From NCBI RefSeq assembly GCF_000017305.1, contig NC_009664.2:3540001-3572000 (forward strand): a stretch of 32,000 bases of DNA, written 5' to 3'. Made by a program: the position numbers and the translations under genes. Source of the stretch: Kineococcus radiotolerans SRS30216 = ATCC BAA-149. GTDB taxonomy: Bacteria; Actinomycetota; Actinomycetes; Actinomycetales; Kineococcaceae. This document shows, one piece after another, positions 1 through 8,046 of this stretch; position 1 is the first letter of the stretch; each line of letters starts with the position of its first letter. The notes under the pieces were generated by a model. The model worked only from the letters and a program-made list of their open reading frames with translations, was not told the DNA's origin and searched no databases.

Positions 1-1
1 C

Positions 2-340
2 CTCGAGCGCGACGGGCAGCGGCGCGCGCTGGCCGAGGTGCCCGCCGGGACGACGGTCGACGTGGTGAAGGTCGCCCACCACGGCTCCGCGAACCAGTTC
101 CCGGGCCTCTACACCCGGTTGCGCCCGCGGGTCGCGGTCGTGGAGGTCGGTGAGGTCAACGACTACGGCCACCCCGCGGCCTCGACGCTGGAGCTGCTCG
201 CCGCGACGGGGACGCGGGTCCTGCGCACCGACACCGGCGGGGACGTGGCCCTCGCCGGGTCGCCGGCGGCGCTGCGGACGCTGGTGCGGGGGTCGGACCC
301 CGCCCAGGCCGCGCGCCGGGCGCGCTACGGCGACGGGTGA
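2..340 (+). CDS. comEC: ComEC/Rec2-family DNA internalisation protein, C-terminal fragment (5' end lies outside the window)
   Basis: The frame is open from the window edge (LERDGQRRALAEVPAGTTVDVVKVAHHGSANQ...). The VKVAHHGS motif and following region resemble the C-terminal metallo-beta-lactamase domain of ComEC. Being in the same neighbourhood as holA is a common arrangement. Confidence 0.75.
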   Translation, partial: LERDGQRRALAEVPAGTTVDVVKVAHHGSANQFPGLYTRLRPRVAVVEVGEVNDYGHPAASTLELLAATGTRVLRTDTGGDVALAGSPAALRTLVRGSDPAQAARRARYGDG

Positions 341-372
341 ACCCGCCGCCCCGCGCCCGGCGCGGCCTCACG

Positions 373-2169
373 TCACCGCAGCCAGCGGTGCAGGCGCCCG
401 GCCTGCAGGGACTTCCAGGTCTCCTCGAAGTCGGCTTCGCTGGCGGCGGCGTGCGCCTCCTCCTGGGCGAAGAGCCGCCCGTAGGCGAAGGCCACCTCCG
501 GGCGCGCCGAGGCGGCCAGGTCGCGCAGCTGCTGACGGGTGACCACGGAGTCCTGGTGCTCGCCCAGCACCTCCTGGGCGTCGGTGACGGCGCGGGCGAA
601 CCGCGTCGCGTCCTTGCCGAAGACCACCGCCACCGCCTCCGCGGCGTAGCGCACCTGCTTGGCGGCCTTGCGGGCCTCGTGCAGCAGCTCGTCGCGCTCG
701 GCGCCGGCCTCGGCGCGGTAGGCGTGCTCGACCAGCCCGGACAGCGTCTCGAAGGTCTTCGCCACCCGGCGGGGCAGGACCTTGTCGGCCCGGCGCGCGC
801 CGCGGGAGGTGAACCGCGGGCGTTCCACGAGGTCCTGGAGGTCGTCGAGCAGGGACTGGTACCGCTCGGAGTCCAGCTCGGCCAGCACCCGGTCGTGCGC
901 GGTCCGGTAGGCCCGGCCCAGCTGGTCCGCGACGAGCGCGGGCACGGCCCCGGCGGCCGCGGGGTCGGCCGGCTGGAGCTCGGGGGCCACGTCGAGGGTG
1001 GCGACCGAGCGCACCAGGCGGTCCCGCAGCACCTCGGCGTCGCGGGCGGCGCCCAGTTCGGCGGCCAGCCAGCGCAGCTCGTCGCGCAGCGGCTTCGTGG
1101 AGCGGGCCAGCAGCGGCTGGAAGGTCCGCAGCGCGCTGCGCAGGCGGCGGGTCGCCACCCGCATCTTGTGGATGCTGTCGGGTTCGTCGCTGCGCACCCG
1201 CGGGTCCTGGTCCAGGACCTGCTGGACCTGCTCGGCCAGGTGCACCACGAGGACGTCACCGGCCCGGGACCGGGCGGTGAGCTGCTTGCGCCGGGGACCG
1301 GCGTGCTCGAGGACGCGGGGAGCGGACTCCGCGCGGGTCGGCGCGGTCTGCTCCTCCACCGCCGGCTCGGACGGCGCGGGGGCCTCGGCGGAGTCGGGCG
1401 CTCCGGCGGGCTCGGTCGTCTCGGTGGGCTCGGTGGGCTCGGTGGGCTCGGTGGGCTCGGTGGGCTCGGTCGTCTCAGCGGGCTCGGCGGCTCCAGTCGT
1501 CTCCGCGGGCTCGGGCGCCCCGGTGCCGCCGGAGAGGACCCGGCTCAGCTTGGAGCTGCTGCTCGAGACCCGCAGCCCCGCGGCCCGCAGCCCGGCGTCC
1601 ACGGCCTCGAAGACCGCGCGGTCGCCCTCGACGATCTCCAGCTCCACCTCGCGCCAGGTCTGCACGGCCCCGGCCGCCTCGCCCGCGCCGTCCAGCGGGA
1701 GCAGGCGGCGGGCCTCGACGACGTCGTCGGCGAGCTCCAGCAGGCGGGTGCCGGTGGCGTCGAGCACCGAGCGGACGCTGCGGTGGGTGTTCACCCGGGC
1801 CACCGGGACGAGCGGGCTCCCGCCGGTGAGCTCCTCGACCAGCCGCCGCAGCGCGGCGGGCACGGTCCGCACGGCGCGCCCCAGCGGGAGGCGCTGCTCG
1901 ACGCGGGCCCCGGCGTCGCCGGGGGTCTTCAGGTGCCAGCCGGCGTCGGTGCCGCCGGTGCGCCGGCGCAGGGTGGTGCGGGCCGCGCTGAGGCGCAGGT
2001 CAACGGTGTCGAAGTACGTCGCCTCGAGGTCGAACTCCCCGAGGTCGCCCTCCCGGTAACCCCGCTCGGCGGCCTCGGGCAGAGCCCGCAGCAGCGCGGG
2101 CAGGGCGGGCAGGTCGAGACCGGGTTCCAGCTCGTACTTGACTTCGATTTCCTCGTGCGTGCTGACCAT
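373..2169 (-). CDS. CYTH and CHAD domain-containing protein (triphosphate tunnel metalloenzyme fused to a CHAD domain)
   Basis: 598-aa ORF. The N-terminus carries the CYTH ExExK signature (EEIEVKYEL). The C-terminal half has CHAD-type basic helices (IHKMRVATRRLRSALRTF, LHEARKAAKQVRYAAE). A Pro/Thr/Glu-rich linker lies between the two domains. Confidence 0.85.
   Translation of the reverse strand: MVSTHEEIEVKYELEPGLDLPALPALLRALPEAAERGYREGDLGEFDLEATYFDTVDLRLSAARTTLRRRTGGTDAGWHLKTPGDAGARVEQRLPLGRAVRTVPAALRRLVEELTGGSPLVPVARVNTHRSVRSVLDATGTRLLELADDVVEARRLLPLDGAGEAAGAVQTWREVELEIVEGDRAVFEAVDAGLRAAGLRVSSSSSKLSRVLSGGTGAPEPAETTGAAEPAETTEPTEPTEPTEPTEPTETTEPAGAPDSAEAPAPSEPAVEEQTAPTRAESAPRVLEHAGPRRKQLTARSRAGDVLVVHLAEQVQQVLDQDPRVRSDEPDSIHKMRVATRRLRSALRTFQPLLARSTKPLRDELRWLAAELGAARDAEVLRDRLVRSVATLDVAPELQPADPAAAGAVPALVADQLGRAYRTAHDRVLAELDSERYQSLLDDLQDLVERPRFTSRGARRADKVLPRRVAKTFETLSGLVEHAYRAEAGAERDELLHEARKAAKQVRYAAEAVAVVFGKDATRFARAVTDAQEVLGEHQDSVVTRQQLRDLAASARPEVAFAYGRLFAQEEAHAAASEADFEETWKSLQAGRLHRWLR
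1411..1473. repeat. In-frame 9-bp tandem repeat: ctcggtggg x5 perfect (1420-1464), flanked by ctcggtcgt variants
   Basis: Read directly from the sequence. It encodes the (TEP)n linker ...AETTEPTEPTEPTEPTEPTETTEP... of the CYTH-CHAD protein on the minus strand. Confidence 0.9.
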
Positions 2170-2202
2170 GGTGCAGTTCTACCGTCAGCCACCCCGCCGC
2201 GC

Positions 2203-2227
2203 CCGTCGTCGGCCCGGGCCGCGACGG
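2203..2227 (-). terminator. GC-rich hairpin between the isomerase gene and the CYTH-CHAD gene (candidate intrinsic terminator or operator)
   Basis: ccgtcg-t-cggccc|gggccg-cgacgg gives a 12-bp stem with one bulge. It lies 63 nt downstream of the stop of the minus-strand gene 2290-3240. There is no U-tract, which is common in high-GC actinobacteria. Confidence 0.4.
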
Positions 2228-2289
2228 CCGGACGCCCCGCGCCGCCGCCCCGGCCGAGCCCACGGCCCCCCCTGGGCGGGAGGGACCCC

Positions 2290-3240
2290 TCAGCGCGCCG
2301 GGGCCGGTGCGGCCGCCCCGGGCTCGAACGCGGAGAGGTCGATCGCGCCGCGCCCGCGGGACAGCGACGGGAACCGCTGGAGCAGGAACTCCCGGCTGCG
2401 CAGCGCGGCCTCGCGGTGCACGGGGTCGTGGTCGTACAGCTCCACGCTGATCCACCCCCCGTAGCCCGCGTCGAGGACCGCGCCCACGGCGTCGAAGTCC
2501 ACGTCCCCGTCGCCGGGGACGAGGTGGGCGTGCACCCGGTCGGCGATGTCCTCGACCTGCAGGTGCCGGGTGAGGGGCAGGTGGTGTTCCAGCGAACCCA
2601 GCGCGTCGTCCTCGACGACGACGCAGTGCCCGAGGTCCTGGCTCAGCCACAGGTCCGGGCTGCCCGTCCGGGTCAGCAGGGCCGCGACCTGCGCGTTGGT
2701 GGCGCAGTGGAAGTCCGGTTCCGGTTCGACGCCCAGCACCGTGCTGCCGCGGGGGAGCCCGGCGGCGTCCAGGGTTTCGTGCAGCGTGTCCAGCAGGACG
2801 GCGACGGCCTCGTCCAGCCAGGCGTCGGCCCGGGCGGGGGGCACGTCGGCGCGCCGCCGGCCGGTGGAGAACACCACGAGGGGAACTCCGGCGAGGACCC
2901 CGAGGCGGACGCTGCGGCGCAGCAGGTCCAGCCGGCGGGCCCGTTCGGCGGGGTCGGGGTCGACGAGGGCCGGTTCGAAGGCGTTCCCGCTCAGCAGGTG
3001 CGGATCGCCGGTGGCGAGGCTGCAGGCGGTGAGCCCGGTCGCGTCGAGCACCGCGCGCAACCGGTCCGCGTCCGCCGCGGAGAACGCCCACGGGTCGACG
3101 TGCTGGGCGTTGAGGGAGAGTTCGATGCCGTCGTAGCCGCAGTCGGCGAGCGTGCGGACGGCCTCGTCCAGGCTGACCGACCGCAGGCCGTTCGCGTTGT
3201 ACGCCAGTCGCGTCGCCGGCGTCGGGGAGGTCTTGGGCAC
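2290..3240 (-). CDS. Sugar phosphate isomerase/epimerase (xylose isomerase-like TIM barrel family)
   Basis: Sequence features: ...LAYNANGLRSVSLDEAVRTLADCGYDGIELS..., VEPEPDFH..., HLQVEDI...HLVPGDGDVDFDAVGAVLDAGYGGWISVELY. These match the AP endonuclease 2 / IolE-IolI type TIM barrel pattern. I chose the GTG start at 3240 because of the GAGGAG RBS 5 nt upstream; the ORF-track start at 3384 would add an Arg/Pro-rich extension. Confidence 0.8.
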   Translation of the reverse strand: MPKTSPTPATRLAYNANGLRSVSLDEAVRTLADCGYDGIELSLNAQHVDPWAFSAADADRLRAVLDATGLTACSLATGDPHLLSGNAFEPALVDPDPAERARRLDLLRRSVRLGVLAGVPLVVFSTGRRRADVPPARADAWLDEAVAVLLDTLHETLDAAGLPRGSTVLGVEPEPDFHCATNAQVAALLTRTGSPDLWLSQDLGHCVVVEDDALGSLEHHLPLTRHLQVEDIADRVHAHLVPGDGDVDFDAVGAVLDAGYGGWISVELYDHDPVHREAALRSREFLLQRFPSLSRGRGAIDLSAFEPGAAAPAPAR

Positions 3241-3471
3241 GGGTGCTCCTCGTGTTCGCGGTGCGGCGCAGGCAGGGGGACCGACCGCGAGGCGGTTGTT
3301 CCACCGGGCGCCTCCAGCAGGGCACCACGTTTCCGCCTGCCGCGCACGGGGTACGAACCGATCACGGGGAGTGAGAAGCGTCACGGGGGTTCGATGTGCG
3401 GACCCGGGAACCCGGTGGCACGGTGACGGCGTGTTCCTCCTCCTCCCGGGCGCTGCCGCTCGAGGTCACCG

Positions 3472-4464
3472 GTGACCGGGCCCCGAAACTCCGACGTCCC
3501 CGCGAACCCCTCCCCGGGGGGGAACTCCGGCCCCGACGAACCGGTGGTCGCCCCCTCGACGCTGCAGCTCCTGCGCGAACTGGCCGATGTGAAGCGCTTG
3601 CGCGACGCCCGCGGAACCGGCTCGCTGGCCGACCGGGCCTTCACCCGGTCCTGGCGGACCCTCCTGCGGGACTGGTCCCCGGAACGGGTGCGCGACCTCG
3701 CGCTGCGCGAGGTCTCCCACGCCCTGGTGGCGGCTCGCCTCGCCGGGGTCGACGCCGCGGTCCTCGCCACCGCCGGGTTGACCCGCGACGAGCGGCTGGA
3801 CGTCCTGCGCCGCGCCTTCGACGCCGTCACGGCGACCGCCGAGGGGGGTTTCGGCGACCTCGCCGACCTGCGCGCGGCCCTGGACCCCGAACCCCTCGAC
3901 GAGGAGCTCCTCCCGCCCGCCCCGGCCTTCGTGGACGCCCTCGTCCGCCAGCCCCGGGCCGGGGCCACCCACCCGGTGCTGCCGCGGGTGGTCGTCGAAC
4001 CCCCCGAGAGCCACGGGGACCACTGCTTCGTCACCGCCGCGTACTCCGCCCTCGTCGCTCCCCGCTTCGGCGTGGACCGCGGCGAGGCGTTCCTCGTCGC
4101 CCTGGCCCACCACCTGCCCAACGGCGACCTGCCCGACGCCGGGTTCGGCGGGGAGGTGCTGCTGGGGGAGCACTACCTCCCCGTGCTGGCCGCCCTGGAG
4201 GAACGTTCCCTGCGCCAGCTCCCCCTCGGCCTGGCCGCGCACCTGCGGGACCTGCTGCCCCGGCGGGAGACCACGGACACCGCGGTCGGCCGGGTGTTCA
4301 ACACCGCCGACGTGCTGGACCGCGTGCTGCAGGTCCACCACCACGCCCGCGCCGCGGGTTTCACCGCGGCCCAGGCCCTCGACGACCTCGACATCGTCCA
4401 CCCCGGCACCGTCCAGCGGTTCCAGCTCGGCGTGCTCGCCGGTGCCGGCATCCCGGTGCGCTGA
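3472..4464 (+). CDS. Hypothetical protein with a YfbR-like HD-domain pattern (variant metal motif HH instead of HD)
   Basis: 330-aa ORF with GC3-rich codons and a GAGG 6 nt upstream of the GTG. The central region ESHGDHCFVTAAYSALVA...LVALAHHLPNGDLPD aligns by eye to the H...HD...GD pattern of 5'-deoxynucleotidase-type HD phosphohydrolases. Confidence 0.55.
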   Translation: MTGPRNSDVPANPSPGGNSGPDEPVVAPSTLQLLRELADVKRLRDARGTGSLADRAFTRSWRTLLRDWSPERVRDLALREVSHALVAARLAGVDAAVLATAGLTRDERLDVLRRAFDAVTATAEGGFGDLADLRAALDPEPLDEELLPPAPAFVDALVRQPRAGATHPVLPRVVVEPPESHGDHCFVTAAYSALVAPRFGVDRGEAFLVALAHHLPNGDLPDAGFGGEVLLGEHYLPVLAALEERSLRQLPLGLAAHLRDLLPRRETTDTAVGRVFNTADVLDRVLQVHHHARAAGFTAAQALDDLDIVHPGTVQRFQLGVLAGAGIPVR

Positions 4465-4484
4465 AACCCGACCGAGGAGAACCC

Positions 4485-5546
4485 GTGACCACTCCCGACG
4501 ACCAGACCGACCCCCGCACCGGCTGGGTCATCGCCGGCGCGGGCTGGGTCGCCCGCGACCACATGGCCCCCGCCCTGGCCGCCTCCGCCACCAGCCGCGT
4601 CGTCGCGGTCGTCGACCGGGACCTCGCCGCCGCCCGCGCGCTGGCGGCCCGGTTCCCCGGCGCCGTCGCGCACGACGACCCGGCCACCGCGTTCGCCACC
4701 CCCGGCGCGCAGGTGGCCTACGTCGCCACGCCCAACCACGCCCACCGCGAGGTCGCGGTCGCCGCGGCGGAGGCCGGCCTGGCGGTCCTGTGCGAGAAAC
4801 CCCTCGCCGCGGACCTGGACGACGCCGCGGCCCTGGTCGAGGGGTGCGAACGCGCCGGGGTCGTGGCCGCCACGGCCTTCGACCAGCGGTTCCACCCCGC
4901 CCACGAGGTGGTGGCGGAGATGGTGGCCCGCGGTGACCTGGGGACGGTCACCGCCGTCCGCATCGTCTACGCCTGCTGGCTGCCGCCCGGCTGGGCCCCG
5001 CCGGGCAGCACGACCGGCGACAACTGGCGCGTCGACCCCGTCCGGGCCGGCGGCGGCGCCTACGTCGACCTGGCCCCGCACGGGCTGGACCTCGTCGGGA
5101 CGCTGCTCGGCGAGGACGTCGTCACCGCCACCACCCACCTGCAGCACCGCGTGCACGACTACGCCGTCGACGACGGGTCCGTCCTCGTCGGCAGCACGTC
5201 CTCCGGTGTGCTGGTGACGATCTCGAACTCCTTCAACACCGTGGAGACCTTGCCGCGCCGGCGGCTGGAGATCGTCGGGACCGCGGGGCAGCTCGTCGCC
5301 ACCGATACCATGGGGCAGGACGCCGGGGGGCGCGTGGAGTTCCTCGACGCCACCACCGGGGAGTCCCGCGACGTCGAGTTCGACCGCGAGACCTCCCCGT
5401 TCACGGGGGAGCTGCGCGCCCTCGAGGCCGCGGTGACCGGCGGCGGGGACTGGCGGTTCCCGATGTCGCGCGACCTGCACCTGCTGCGCCTGCTGCACGG
5501 CGCGCTCACCGTCCAGGAGACCCGACCCGCGGAGGCACGACGATGA
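4485..5546 (+). CDS. Gfo/Idh/MocA family NAD(P)-dependent oxidoreductase
   Basis: GTG at 4485 preceded by GAGGAG. The N-terminal Rossmann segment is WVIAGAGWVARDHMAPAL. The family motif AVLCEKPLA and the C-terminal alpha/beta domain are present. Confidence 0.85.
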   Translation: MTTPDDQTDPRTGWVIAGAGWVARDHMAPALAASATSRVVAVVDRDLAAARALAARFPGAVAHDDPATAFATPGAQVAYVATPNHAHREVAVAAAEAGLAVLCEKPLAADLDDAAALVEGCERAGVVAATAFDQRFHPAHEVVAEMVARGDLGTVTAVRIVYACWLPPGWAPPGSTTGDNWRVDPVRAGGGAYVDLAPHGLDLVGTLLGEDVVTATTHLQHRVHDYAVDDGSVLVGSTSSGVLVTISNSFNTVETLPRRRLEIVGTAGQLVATDTMGQDAGGRVEFLDATTGESRDVEFDRETSPFTGELRALEAAVTGGGDWRFPMSRDLHLLRLLHGALTVQETRPAEARR

Positions 5547-6478
5547 CCGGTCCCGACGACTCCCACGCCCTGCGCGGGGTCCGCGCCGGGGAACTCGCCC
5601 CGCTGCCCACCCGGGCCCACCGCACGCACCGGGCGTACTCCTGCACGAACTGCGGGCACTGGCAGCGGTGGTTCGCCACCACCCCGCCGCCCTCGTGCCC
5701 GGTGTGCTCCGACGTGCGCAACGAACTGCCCGTCGAGGGGTTCGCGTTCCTGCGCGAGACGGAGGTCGACGCCCTCGTCACGACCTCGTGGCGCGAGGCG
5801 GTCCCGGGGGTGACGGAGTTCTGGTGCGACCCCGTCGTGGGCCTGGGCTCCCACGGCTGGGTGCTGGAGACCGCCGACGGGCTGCTCGGCTTCGAGGCCG
5901 CCCCGTGGTACTCCGCCGACGCGCTGGCCGAGCTGCGCCGGCGCGGCGGGTTGCGCGTGCTCGCCTCCAGCCACGTCCACGGCTTCGGCGGCCTGTGGCA
6001 GTTGCAGGACGAGCTCGACCCGCCCGTCGTGTCGGTCGGCGTCCACGACCTCACCTGGACCAAGGCGTTCCGCGTCACCTGGCCCGCCGACGACGAGACC
6101 GAGCTCGCCCCGGGCATCACCCTGCACCGCACCGGGGGCCACTTCCCCGGGCACAGCGTCCTGCACGACGCCGGCCGCGGCCTGCTCTTCTGCGGGGACT
6201 CCCTCAAGATCGACCTCGACGAGCACGGGAACCCCGCCGCGCTCAGCGCCCACAAGGCGTTCCACGCCCAGATCCCGCTCTCGCGCGCGGAACTGCGCAG
6301 CGTGCGCGAGATCCTCGGCGCGCTGGGGTTCGACACCGTCTTCAGCCCGTTCGAGTTCGCCCGCGGCGTCACCACCCGCCACGTCGTCGCCCTGGTCGAC
6401 CACATGCTCACCCACCCCCCGTCGGCGGCCCCGGTGCCCTTCGACCTCCTCGACGAGAACGTGAGGGTCTTCGCGTGA
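5543..6478 (+). CDS. Zinc-ribbon (CxxC...CxxC) protein with a degenerate metallo-beta-lactamase fold
   Basis: The ATG overlaps the upstream stop (ATGA), with a GGAGG RBS. The N-terminus has CTNCGH...CPVCSD. MBL-like elements are SSHVHGFGG (in place of HxHxDH), TGGHFPGHSV and FCGDSL. Confidence 0.7.
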   Translation: MTGPDDSHALRGVRAGELAPLPTRAHRTHRAYSCTNCGHWQRWFATTPPPSCPVCSDVRNELPVEGFAFLRETEVDALVTTSWREAVPGVTEFWCDPVVGLGSHGWVLETADGLLGFEAAPWYSADALAELRRRGGLRVLASSHVHGFGGLWQLQDELDPPVVSVGVHDLTWTKAFRVTWPADDETELAPGITLHRTGGHFPGHSVLHDAGRGLLFCGDSLKIDLDEHGNPAALSAHKAFHAQIPLSRAELRSVREILGALGFDTVFSPFEFARGVTTRHVVALVDHMLTHPPSAAPVPFDLLDENVRVFA

Positions 6479-8046
6479 ACCCACCCGCCCTGCGGTCCCT
6501 GACCGTCGACCACCCCGTGCGGGAGGACGGCGACCACCGCGCCACCGAGCGCTTCCGCGACGTCCTCGGCGAGCGCGACCGGTTCCAGTTCCCCACCTAC
6601 CGCCTCGACACCGTGGGCGTCCCGTCGTGGTGGACGATCGCGGCGACGGGCGCCGCGGGGGCGGCGGCCATCGGCCACGGCTACGGCGCCACCGACGCCG
6701 ACGCGCGCCGCTCCAGCTGGGGCGAGTCCGCGGAACTGGGGCTGCTGCGGCGCCGGGTCTCCACCCTGGAGCACCGGCGCGGGACCCGCGCCGAGCTGGT
6801 CGCGGAGTTCGGCGCCGACGCCGTCCTCGACCCGCCGTCGGTGTGCCTGGACGCGGGATCCCCCTACCACCCCGGTAGCCCGCTGAACTGGCTGCCGCTG
6901 CAGCGCTGGGGGACCGGGGAACGGGTCTGGGCCCCCGCCGACGTCGTCCTGCGCGACGCCGACGAACTGCCCGAGGGGTTCGTCGACGACCTCCCGCGCC
7001 TGGTGACCCGGCACGGCAACGGGCTCGGCGCCGGCGACAGCCTGGAACGGGCCGTGGCCCACGGCATCGGGGAACTCCTCCAGCGCGACGGCAACGGCAC
7101 CCGGTTCCGCGCCCTGGACACCGGGATCGTCCTCGACCTCGGGACCGACGACGAGCTCGTCGCCGATCCCGTCACCCGCGACGCGCTGGCCCGGTTGCGG
7201 GCGCAGGGCGTGCGCGTCGTCCCCAAGCTCGCCAACGACTGGTGGGGGATCGTCAACGTCACCGTGGTCGGGGCCGACGACGACCCGCTGCAGCCGGTCA
7301 TGGTCACCGCGGCCGGCGAGGCTGCCCACCCCGACCGCGAGGTCGCCCTGCGCAAGGCCGTCCTGGAGTTCGCCGCCGCGCGCTCGCGCAAGGCCTTCAC
7401 CCACGGCGACCTCGACGCCGTCCGCCGCATCAGCCCGCCCGGGTACGTGGAGCGCTACGCCGCCGACCCCTCGACCCAGGAGCAGCGCGCGCTGCGCGGG
7501 ATGCTGGGGTGGCTGGAGCGCGACGCGGCCCAGCTGCGGGAACTGCTGGAACCGGTGGTGCTCGCCGAGCGCAGCCGCCGCCGGTTCGACACCCTGCCCA
7601 CCTGGAACGCCCCCGAGGGCGCCGACGAGCAGCGGGCCCTGGCCGCGCACCTGGTCGGCCTGCTGCGCGAGCGCGGGTTCGACGTCCTGGTGCTGGACTG
7701 CTCCGCCGACGACGTCGCCGTCGCCCGCGTCGTCGTCCCCGGCCTGGAGGTCGAGATCGTCAGCTACGGGCGCATCGGTGAACGGGGCCTGGCCGACCTG
7801 CTGGAACGCGGCGACGGGCGCACCGGCCTGCACGGCATCGCCGGCCTCGGCGTCCCCGGGCGCGACGGCGTCCCCGCGGGGGCCGAGCCCGTCCACCTCA
7901 CCGACGCCGCGCGGGAACGGTTCGGCGCCCCCGCCTGGCTGGACCGGGCCGCGCTGGACCGGGTCCTGGGCGACCTGTACCCGCTGTACCGCGAACCGGC
8001 GCTGCACGCGGCCGCGGTGGCCCGCGCGGAGGGGTGGACGGCGTGA
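6475..8046 (+). CDS. YcaO-like family protein (ATP-dependent amide-activating enzyme family)
   Basis: The GTG overlaps the upstream stop (GTGA). Motifs seen: GHGYGATDADARRSSWGESAE, GNGLGAGDSLERAVAHGIGELLQRDG, AAGEAAHPDREVALRKAVLEFAAAR and VARVVVPGLEVE, all typical of the YcaO domain. Confidence 0.85.
   Translation: MNPPALRSLTVDHPVREDGDHRATERFRDVLGERDRFQFPTYRLDTVGVPSWWTIAATGAAGAAAIGHGYGATDADARRSSWGESAELGLLRRRVSTLEHRRGTRAELVAEFGADAVLDPPSVCLDAGSPYHPGSPLNWLPLQRWGTGERVWAPADVVLRDADELPEGFVDDLPRLVTRHGNGLGAGDSLERAVAHGIGELLQRDGNGTRFRALDTGIVLDLGTDDELVADPVTRDALARLRAQGVRVVPKLANDWWGIVNVTVVGADDDPLQPVMVTAAGEAAHPDREVALRKAVLEFAAARSRKAFTHGDLDAVRRISPPGYVERYAADPSTQEQRALRGMLGWLERDAAQLRELLEPVVLAERSRRRFDTLPTWNAPEGADEQRALAAHLVGLLRERGFDVLVLDCSADDVAVARVVVPGLEVEIVSYGRIGERGLADLLERGDGRTGLHGIAGLGVPGRDGVPAGAEPVHLTDAARERFGAPAWLDRAALDRVLGDLYPLYREPALHAAAVARAEGWTA

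Noticed and set aside
341-372. Mobile-element hallmarks at the borders of the comEC-holA insert (the right border 12565-12655 was also inspected)
   Set aside because: There is no integrase, transposase, tRNA, inverted terminal repeat or flanking direct repeat. The left border holds only a small GC palindrome (ccgcgcc-c-ggcgcgg). I therefore did not call a genomic island or mobile element as a feature.
1411-1473. Possibility that the short tandem repeats are a CRISPR array or another spacer-containing array
   Set aside because: The units are 9 bp, contiguous, without spacers, and in frame within a coding region. This is a simple coding microsatellite.
3241-3384. Longer 5' extension of the isomerase gene (ORF-track start at 3384), and similarly the 12566 start for holA
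   Set aside because: The extensions encode Arg/Pro-rich sequence absent from the family and lack an RBS. Internal GTG starts (3240 with GAGGAG; 12656) give typical protein lengths. For holA, the internal start also avoids overlap with the divergent gene.
337-3426. 1029-aa plus-strand ORF spanning the CYTH-CHAD and isomerase loci
   Set aside because: It is antisense to two genes with clear domain motifs. Its translation is Gly/Arg/Pro/Ala-rich low complexity with no motif. Long stop-free antisense frames are expected at this GC content.
3241-3471. Search for a RiPP precursor peptide gene near the YcaO operon (10109-10198 was also scanned)
   Set aside because: I found no short ORF with a plausible RBS and a Cys/Ser/Thr-rich C-terminal core. 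The only ORFs there are extensions of antisense frames. A precursor may exist outside the window, so this absence is not proof.
5506-8007. 833-aa minus-strand ORF opposite the MBL-like and YcaO genes
   Set aside because: Same artefact: it is antisense to well-supported genes, has an Arg/Gly/Pro-rich composition, and lacks a start context or RBS.
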